Shown here in pieces: positions 57,413 to 64,000 of a stretch of 64,000 nucleotides of DNA. Position 1 is the stretch's first letter, and each line of letters begins with the position of its first letter. Under the pieces are notes generated by a model. It did no database searches and was not told the origin of the DNA. It was given only the letters and a program-made list of their open reading frames with translations. Location of the stretch: contig CAVOSV010000001.1 of the NCBI GenBank assembly GCA_963698975.1, positions 738,514 to 802,513 of the forward strand, read 5' to 3'. This DNA comes from an uncultured Gemmatimonadales bacterium (GTDB lineage Bacteria > Gemmatimonadota > Gemmatimonadetes > Gemmatimonadales > GWC2-71-9). Both the position numbers and the translations under genes were made by a program.

Positions 57413-58391
57413 ATGGTGAGAGCACTCTTGCGCCGCGCCTTCACCGGCCTCGCCGTGGTTCTGGGCGTGGTCACTCTCATGTTTTTTCTCATCCGGCTCG
57501 CGCCCGGCGACCCCGCCCTCCTCCTCGTTGGACCCACGGCTTCAGAGGAACAATTGGCTGCTCAGCGGAAAAGCCTCGGGCTGGACCGGCCCCTGCCGCA
57601 GCAGTACGTCAGCTGGCTGGCTCGATTTACCCGGGGGGACTGGGGCACCAGCATTGCAACCGGCCGCCCCGTAAGTGCGATGATCTCCGAAGCGTGGCCT
57701 GCCACCGTTCGTCTGGTAGGGCTCTCGCTGCTCTTGAGCTATGTCCTGGGGCTCGGCGTTGGTGCGATCCAGGCCGCCAGCGGCGGCCGCGTGGACACCT
57801 CGTTGTCGGTGGTTACCGTGACGCTATTTGCTCTGCCCGGCTATTGGCTGGGCCTCATGCTGGTGATGGTTTTCACCTACTGGGCCAGGGCTCTGCCTGC
57901 GTTCGGCGCAGCAGGCTTCGACGCCGACTTTCTGACCGGCTGGAGCCGGATGGCAGATCGGCTCCGCCACCTGGCCTTGCCCCTGACCACCCTGACGCTC
58001 ATCGGTGTCGGTGGCGTCGCGCGGTACGTGAGAGGGGCAATGCTCGATGTGCGCAACGCGCCCCACGTCGCGGTGGCACGGGCCAAGGGACTTTCACCCG
58101 CGGAGGTGAATCTTCGGCACGTGCTGCGGCAACGCCCTCATCCCGGTGGTAACCCTGTTGGGTCTTTCGTTGCCTGCCCTCTTTTCGGGCGCGGTGTTCA
58201 TCGAGTCCATCTTTGCCTGGCCGGGTGTCGGCCGCATCATGGTCGAAGCGGTAGGAGCGCGGGACTACCCGGTTATCATGGCGGCGACCGCCGTGAGCGC
58301 AGCCCTGGTGGTAGCGGGCAACCTGGTGGCCGAGCTCCTGACCGCATGGGTTGATCCGAGGGTACGTACCGCACCCGCGGGCGCCCAGTGA
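57413..58391 (+). pseudogene. ABC transporter permease (DppB/OppB-like); one +1 frame change
   Basis: LGVVTLMFFLIRLAPGDP...VARAKGLSPAEVNLRHVLR. An extra c at ~58130, then NALIPVVTLLGLSLPALFSGAVFIESIFAWPGVGR (TGA 58389-58391). Confidence 0.85.
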
Positions 58392-59249
58392 TGTTCCCGT
58401 CGCACTCCCTGCTCCAGGACCGGCGGGCGCAGTTCGGGCTGGCGGTGATCCTGTTGGCCATTGCGGTGGCATTGGCGGCTCCACTCCTGGCCGGCGATCC
58501 GGTGGTGCAACGGGACATCGTCGCCACCCGCTTCCTGCCACCACTTCAGTACCGATGTGCACGGCGCTTTTCACGCCCTGGGCACCGACCGCTTCGGACG
58601 CGACGTATGGGCTCGTCTGGCCTATGGCGCCCGGATCTCCCTCGGAGTCGGGGTGCTCGCTGTGCTGCTCTCGGTGACAATCGGGGTCCTGATCGGAGCT
58701 GCTTCAGGCTTCTGGCCTGGCGCGATAGGCACCCTGCTGCTGGGGCTGACCGACTTCGCATTGGCGCTTCCACGAGTGGTGCTCCTGCTGCTGCTCGCCT
58801 CGCTGTGGCAGCCGAGTGCCGCTCTGGTGGTCGCTGTGCTGGGCTTGACCGGTTGGATGACGGTGGCGCGCCTGGTGCATGGAGAGGTTCGGGCTCTTTC
58901 CGCGCGCCCTTTCGTGGAGAGTGCTGTTGCCCTTGGGGTCAGAGGCCCGCGAGTACTGGTGCGACACATCCTGCCCAACGCCATGACTCCGGTGATCGTC
59001 ACTGCGGCGCTCGGTGTCGGCAACGCCATCATGCTGGAGGCCGGGCTCTCGTTTCTGGGACTGGGAGTACAGCCTCCGACCCCGTCCTGGGGCAACCTGA
59101 TCGCCTCGGGCCGAGATACCCTGGTCAATGCCCCGTGGGTAGCGACTGCGCCCGGAGTAGCGCTGGTACTGGTGGTGGTTGCGGCAACGCTACTGGGAGA
59201 TGCGCTGCGGGATCGGATGGATCCGGCTCAGCGCCGGGAAGTGAACTGA
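58388..59249 (+). pseudogene. ABC transporter permease (DppC/OppC-like); one +1 frame change
   Basis: GTGATG at 58388 overlaps the upstream stop. The break near 58547 separates ...VATRFLPPL from STDVHGAFHALGTDRFGRDVWARLAYGARISL...FVESAVALGVRGPRVLVRHILPNA. Confidence 0.85.
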
Positions 59250-59250
59250 T

Positions 59251-59754
59251 TCAGCGGCCGGTCCACTGCGTCGAGCCGAGGACCTCGTCGATCCGCCGCT
59301 CCAAGACCACCAGGGCTCCTGGAGCAGCGCCACAGCCGTAGTCGTGCTCCACCCGTTTGGTGCGGCCCTGAAAACTGATGGAGGTGATGGCAGAAGGAGA
59401 GTCGGCGGCGTACCGGCCGCAGACCGGCTCGGCAGCGGCGTATCGGCTGGCAAAGGAGAAGTAGCCGGCCCGCTCCAGCTCGGAGAGCAGAGCCTGAACT
59501 TTCTCGGGCGGTATCCGGGAGGATGCCTTGCCCAGCTGTCGGACCTGGGCTTCTCCCTCGTAGCTCACGACCCCGTCAGAGGTGACTGCCAGGCGATAGA
59601 CCGGGCAGCCGCCGAAGCAGGCCGTGCGCTCCAGGGTAATGACCGGAGCGGGTACAGAATCGACCGCCATGCCTCCGGTTGAACCAGAGCTCGGGTTACG
59701 GGAGGCGCAGGCGATGGACCACAGCACTAGAGCCAGGGCACCGTACTGCCTCAC
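59251..59754 (-). CDS. DUF6438-like lipoprotein
   Basis: GTG 59754 forms a GTGA overlap with the upstream stop. Lipobox LVLWSIACAS. ITLERTACFGGCPVYRLAVTSDGVVSYEG. Confidence 0.65.
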   Translation of the reverse strand: MRQYGALALVLWSIACASRNPSSGSTGGMAVDSVPAPVITLERTACFGGCPVYRLAVTSDGVVSYEGEAQVRQLGKASSRIPPEKVQALLSELERAGYFSFASRYAAAEPVCGRYAADSPSAITSISFQGRTKRVEHDYGCGAAPGALVVLERRIDEVLGSTQWTGR

Positions 59755-61976
59755 TGGACCGGCATCCGCCGCAACTGGCTACGCACCCCCGACGACAGCA
59801 GCAGGTCGACCTGAGCCTTCCGGGTAGCCAGCTCCACCTCGCCGCCGCGAGCAAAGGAGAGTACCTCTCCGCTCTCCGGATCGCGCACCATCACCATTGG
59901 ATGCGTCGTGCTATCCCACCGCAGAGACACGCGGTCCCCGGCGATGCGCCGTACCACGATGTCCGCAGGCGCTGCTCCAGGCCCCTGAGCGATCGTTCCG
60001 CCCGAATCCGCCAGCGCCGCCTGGCGCCCCTGACCGGTCACCTGGATTCGGGCGAGCCGGGCTGCACCAACGGTCGAGAGAGGTATGGCAAAGACGAAAT
60101 TCTGCTGCGCCGCCGGAGCGTCGACCACAACGTTGGGACTGAATGACATCGAGAAAATCGATTTGCCGGTGGCGTCCTGACCGTCGAGCAGGTAGGGACC
60201 GCGACGGCCGGGAAGCGTGGGCCGGGTAGAGACCTGGAAGGCAGGCTCGAGAACGATTTCATCGTTGACGATGTGCCCCCAGACCAGAAGGCACGGCTGG
60301 ATGTCTGCGCTGCTCACCGACGAAAGGATGGGCGGGCTGGGCGACCGAAGGTAGCTCATTACCCCACGGTAGGTGTAATCGCTGATCCATTTTGGATCAC
60401 AGTAGCCCATGATATCGGCCAGACTAGACGCCTCCAGCGTCTTGGCCACAACGTCCATCCCGTATGCACCGGTGCTGCCGTCCGCTCTGGGGTATTGAGG
60501 ATCGATGCCGGCGGGTCCGCCGCAGGGCGCATGGTTGCGGCCCCAGTTGTGTCCCAGCTCGTGTGCCGCGACGACGCTCCCCGAGGGCAAATAGTCCCAG
60601 CCCAGAGCGGCGCGCTGCCCGCTTCCGGCAGTCGTGCCGGGGATACTGACGTATGCCACACCGGCAACCCCGCTCGTGTAGGGGACCCGGGCAACGCCGT
60701 AGTAATAGCGGGGGCTGTGTTCCGTGACCCGCAGGGCATCGATCTCGCCCAGGATGGTCCCCCAGGCCCCATTGCTGTTGTTGGCCTGGAGCGTGAGGCT
60801 TGTCTTCGTCGAATACGCAGCGTGGAGCACGGTGCTGAAAGTATCGATCGGATGCATGCGCTGGGTGCTGACCAGGAAGCTGTCCTTGTTCGTCGCTGAC
60901 ACTCGGCCCAGCAGATGATTCCCGGACTGCAGCACCGGCACCAGCGTCACGTCGAGCGGGGGCACGGCCTGCACGTTCAGCAGTGCTGGTCCGGTGGCAG
61001 GGTAAACGTTATCGGTGGTGCTGATCTCCGGGATCTGGGTTGCCCCGGCGGGATTGACCTCGGCCTCGACAGCCAGCCCGGGCTGAATAAGTGCGCCTGA
61101 TAGCGTGGTGTCCCAGGAATAGGCCAGGGAGCTTTCATCTACCGCCGTGGGTACCGAGAGACCTGAGGGCGGGATGTTGATGGTCGAGAACAGCCCTCCG
61201 CCGTTGAACAGACGGACCTGCACAGTGGGAGCCGCGGTGTTCGCCCGGTCGGCCACCACAAAAACCCGCAAGTACCCATCGCGTCCCTGAACCAGCGGCA
61301 CCGATCCGCCGGCATCCTGCACGCTCTGCGTAACGTACACCCCGGCTATGCAGAGATTCACGCTGCCGTCGCTGGGAGGAGGATTGTAGTTCACCGTGGC
61401 TACGGTGGTACTCCGGGCGACGATGCTCACATCCTGACTGTCCGGGCTGGCGGTGTGAGTGGCGCATCCGATCGAGGCGGCGGCGGCGGCCTTCACGGTG
61501 TAGACGCCGGGATCGAGACCTGACAGCGTCGTGGTACCATCGACCGGCTGGTTGTATCCCCCGGGTCCAGTAACCGTAATCGCCGCGCTGCGACTGGTGC
61601 CGAGACCATTCACGTCCACGGTGAGGGTACCGGCGGCCTGGGAATAGAACACCGAGGCAGTGGACTGAGTGCTGGTAGCGGCGACCGTTACCGTCTGCGA
61701 AAGTGGGCTCGGATCATAAGTGGAGTTACTGGCGGCCACCGCCGTAGCACTGATGGTGTAGACTCCGGGAGTCACCTGACTGAAGGTCTGAGTGGCCGAA
61801 ACCGCCTGATTGAAGTTGTCGGGGCCGGTAACGGTGACTGCGGCTGCCGTTCCGTTCGGGAGTCCGAGGATGGTGACGCGAAGGCTTCCGGCGCTCGGAC
61901 CACTGGGGCCGCCATCACAACCCAATAACAGCAATAGAAGAAGCCAGGCCGGGCCTCTATGGGCTGCGAAACTCAT
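59751..61976 (-). CDS. Metzincin-type zinc metalloprotease lipoprotein with N-terminal Ig-like repeats
   Basis: GAGGAG upstream of ATG 61976. Lipobox LLLLLLGCDGG. Three repeats ending (P)GVYT(I/V). AAHELGHNWGRNHAP (HExxHxxGxxH) and ADIMGYC (Met-turn region). The ORF-track start at 62069 is an extension. Confidence 0.8.
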   Translation of the reverse strand: MSFAAHRGPAWLLLLLLLGCDGGPSGPSAGSLRVTILGLPNGTAAAVTVTGPDNFNQAVSATQTFSQVTPGVYTISATAVAASNSTYDPSPLSQTVTVAATSTQSTASVFYSQAAGTLTVDVNGLGTSRSAAITVTGPGGYNQPVDGTTTLSGLDPGVYTVKAAAAASIGCATHTASPDSQDVSIVARSTTVATVNYNPPPSDGSVNLCIAGVYVTQSVQDAGGSVPLVQGRDGYLRVFVVADRANTAAPTVQVRLFNGGGLFSTINIPPSGLSVPTAVDESSLAYSWDTTLSGALIQPGLAVEAEVNPAGATQIPEISTTDNVYPATGPALLNVQAVPPLDVTLVPVLQSGNHLLGRVSATNKDSFLVSTQRMHPIDTFSTVLHAAYSTKTSLTLQANNSNGAWGTILGEIDALRVTEHSPRYYYGVARVPYTSGVAGVAYVSIPGTTAGSGQRAALGWDYLPSGSVVAAHELGHNWGRNHAPCGGPAGIDPQYPRADGSTGAYGMDVVAKTLEASSLADIMGYCDPKWISDYTYRGVMSYLRSPSPPILSSVSSADIQPCLLVWGHIVNDEIVLEPAFQVSTRPTLPGRRGPYLLDGQDATGKSIFSMSFSPNVVVDAPAAQQNFVFAIPLSTVGAARLARIQVTGQGRQAALADSGGTIAQGPGAAPADIVVRRIAGDRVSLRWDSTTHPMVMVRDPESGEVLSFARGGEVELATRKAQVDLLLSSGVRSQLRRMPVQ

Positions 61977-62328
61977 CGTGGCTCCTCGGCCATGCTCAAT
62001 CCTCAGGGTGAACGAACTGCGGGAAGAACCATTGCGTTCTGCACCGGCATGCGCTGCAAATACTCGCACCGTCCGCTGCCGCCGGGCGCGGTAGAACGCC
62101 TGGGGCTGTGCCGTCTAACGTAAGTTCCAGTGTCGTGTTAGCTCGTAGGAGCCGAACGAATAATTGGCTGAGATCCGCCGGTATGAATGGGCTGCACCCT
62201 CAAACCGGTGACAACTGTGAGCCAGAGCGTTTCAACGAGGGAAGGTTCGGCAATACCCGCGCCAATGGCGGGGCCGGAGAGATAAGGACTAAACGAAAGG
62301 TTGGGAGTGAAGCGGAGCCTGCTGGTGC

Positions 62329-62766
62329 CTACGCGGCGCTGGAACCTCCGCCACGGCTGCGCACACAGCGGTGGACCTCGGCCAGGAGTCGCTCGGCTGG
62401 AAACGGCTTGGGGAGAATGCTGCAGGGCGTGGCTATGCCGAGCTCGGAGAGCGCCGCGGTGGCGTAGCCGGACATGAGCACCACCGGCACATGGGGGTGG
62501 GACTCGGCTACGGACTGCATCAGCTCCACCCCATTCACGCGGGGCATCACAATATCAGAGACGATCAGGTCGACAACTACCTGTCCTGCCCGGAGCATTT
62601 CGAGTGCTTCGTGCCCATCAGCGGCTTCGAGGACCTCGTAACCGTCTCGCTGCAGTACCCGCACAGCAAACCGACGTACCGCGGTCTCGTCGTCCACCAC
62701 CAGCACGCTTAAACCAGAGCCGGCGCGGGTCGGCGAGGAGTGGGAGAACTCGTCGAGGGTCTGCAT
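62329..62766 (-). CDS. Stand-alone response-regulator receiver (CheY-like)
   Basis: ATG 62766. SVLVVDDETAVRRF...DLIVSDIVMPRVNG...VVLMSGY...LPKPF. No output domain. The 300-aa ORF-track version adds a P/R-rich extension. Confidence 0.8.
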   Translation of the reverse strand: MQTLDEFSHSSPTRAGSGLSVLVVDDETAVRRFAVRVLQRDGYEVLEAADGHEALEMLRAGQVVVDLIVSDIVMPRVNGVELMQSVAESHPHVPVVLMSGYATAALSELGIATPCSILPKPFPAERLLAEVHRCVRSRGGGSSAA

Positions 62767-62864
62767 ATCTGATCTTGTTGAGGGACGGGACCAATGTAAT
62801 GTGGGCGGAGATTCGTCACCACCCCATGATCCCGGAGCAGTTTGGTCTGGCCGGGGCTCCTGGT

Positions 62865-63617
62865 CTATTCCGGGCGCCGCCCGACGCGCAGGGTCAGGGG
62901 CCAGCGGACCAGGCGGGAATCGCGGGTATCGCCCCACAGGCGCCGCAGCTCGCTTCCCAGCTCGGGTATCGGGTCGGATCCCGTTGCCTCCCGACAAAGC
63001 TGGGTGGCGGACCAGGTTCCGATGTAGCCCAGCAGCTCGTCCAGAGTCCAGTGCCGCTGCATCTGAAACTCCGGGTGATCGAGCTCGGGATAAGGAAAGC
63101 TGAGGGTGGTGTACCCGGCTTCCACGTGACACCGCTCGGGAGGCCAGTACGGACCCACCACTTCGTGGTAGAACCGGGTTAGGACGGAGTCTACGGCCCG
63201 GTCTTCGAGCACCTGGTTGCCATAGGTCCAAACTCCGAGTATCCCGGCTGGTTTGAGAACCCGGCTCACCTCGGCGTAGAAACGTTCCGGCTCCAACCAG
63301 TGCAACGCCTGAGCGACGGTCACCAGATCCGCGCTCGCGGGCTCGAGCCCACTTTCATAGGCGCTGCCCTGACGGTACTCCACAGATGGGTGTACGGGCG
63401 CCTGGGCCAGCATGGCACTGCTGATATCGGTTGCAACCACCCGTCGGAAATGCCGGGCGAGCGGGACGCTGGCCTGCCCACTTCCCGCGGCGCAGTCCCA
63501 CGCCAAATCATGTCCGCTGGCTGCGCCGGCCAGGAAGGCGAACAACTCATCCGGGTAAGCCGGCCGCCGCAGCGCATAGGCATCTGCAACCACCGAGAAG
63601 TGGTCGGAGGCTTTCAA
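62865..63617 (-). CDS. Class I SAM-dependent methyltransferase
   Basis: Proposed TTG 63617 (MKASDHFSVVADAYALRRPAYP). LAWDCAAGSGQASVPLARHFRRVVATDIS (motif I), DLVTVAQALHW, VLKPAGILGVWTY. No ATG/GTG is available. In frame with the upstream gene. Confidence 0.7.
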   Translation of the reverse strand: MKASDHFSVVADAYALRRPAYPDELFAFLAGAASGHDLAWDCAAGSGQASVPLARHFRRVVATDISSAMLAQAPVHPSVEYRQGSAYESGLEPASADLVTVAQALHWLEPERFYAEVSRVLKPAGILGVWTYGNQVLEDRAVDSVLTRFYHEVVGPYWPPERCHVEAGYTTLSFPYPELDHPEFQMQRHWTLDELLGYIGTWSATQLCREATGSDPIPELGSELRRLWGDTRDSRLVRWPLTLRVGRRPE

Positions 63618-64000
63618 GGCGAAGCTGAAGCTACCGGGTAGAGCCCCACGAGCGCGGAGCAGCCGCATGACTTCCGGCACCGGCAGGGCTTCAACCGTTC
63701 CTCGGTTCGATGACACGGTCGTTGCCATAAAGAGAGAGTTGTAGATCGCCTCTTCGGTGGCCTCGGCTGCGGCCTGGAACAACCCCGACATAGCGTCGTT
63801 GCCCAACTCGGGCGTGCTCCGCCGGAGCTCACCCATTCGGCGCCGGACCTCCGGGCTGGTCGAGAAGGCGATCACGTAATCACCTGATCCGTTGTCCATG
63901 GAGGAGCCGGTTCGGCCTACCCCGATGAGGGCCCGAGTACCGAGCCGGCGAAGATTCCGGTCCGAGAGCGGCGCGTCGGTGGCCACCACGATCATGATCG
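63618..64000 (-). CDS. 3' part of a DmpA/S58-family aminopeptidase-like gene (continues beyond the window)
   Basis: IVVATDAPLSDRNLRRLGTRALIGVGRTGSSMDNGSGDYVIAFST...AIYNSLFMATTV...VEALPVPEVMRLL. There is no in-frame stop before the methyltransferase. A +1-frame TGA at 63614-63616 overlaps the TTG. Confidence 0.6.

Noticed and set aside
62053-62074. Sigma-54-like GG...TTGCA element (minus strand) upstream of the metalloprotease gene.
   Set aside because: The GG to GC spacing is 13 rather than the required 11. No enhancer-binding protein is nearby, since the adjacent regulator is receiver-only.
62767-63231. 155-codon extension of the response-regulator ORF (P/R/G-rich).
   Set aside because: The receiver domain starts just after ATG 62766. 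The extension overlaps the methyltransferase gene on the same strand in another frame and looks like out-of-frame high-GC sequence.
1-64000. CRISPR arrays, rRNA genes, IS elements and long tandem repeats.
   Set aside because: I saw no regularly spaced direct repeats, rRNA-like conserved blocks or transposase-like ORFs by eye. The only short-repeat cluster is the GTGAGCGG array at 42212-42406.

Overview
High-GC bacterial chromosomal segment. Gene content (a SusC/SusD pair, many lipobox lipoproteins with Ig-like repeats, frequent GTG starts, NTGA start/stop overlaps) suggests a Gemmatimonadota-like genome; that assignment is inference only. I can support about 60 protein-coding genes and 3 tRNAs (Pro-GGG, Thr-CGT, Leu-GAG). 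I saw no rRNA, CRISPR array, transposase or integrase. Blocks in order: GH57 glycogen genes; small housekeeping genes (HD hydrolase, DinB, mug); two tandem c-type cytochromes; aguB-aguA; hutU-hutI followed by SusC-SusD-lipoprotein; ECF sigma/anti-sigma/DUF4097; a four-gene secreted-subunit/chaperone-like/outer-membrane-barrel operon; an AT-richer islet beside tRNA-Pro; transporters; MltD-like transglycosylase; HExxH protein with a convergent SARP-type regulator; four tandem Ig-like lipoprotein genes; SURF1, an M19 dipeptidase and a GH38 mannosidase; a roughly 11-kb ten-gene minus-strand operon of mixed enzymes divergent from two ABC permease genes; a metzincin lipoprotein; a receiver-only response regulator. 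Three observations stand out. (1) The 19.6-23.1 kb operon is a candidate uncharacterised surface-fibre assembly system. (2) At least 30 reading-frame breaks occur in otherwise well-conserved genes. Nearly all that I could resolve are +1 (single extra base), and they concentrate at 40-50 kb. This looks more like insertion-type sequence error than natural gene decay, and it needs read-level checking. (3) The long mixed-enzyme operon has a composition I cannot map to a known pathway. All family calls come from motif recognition by eye; no database search was run.
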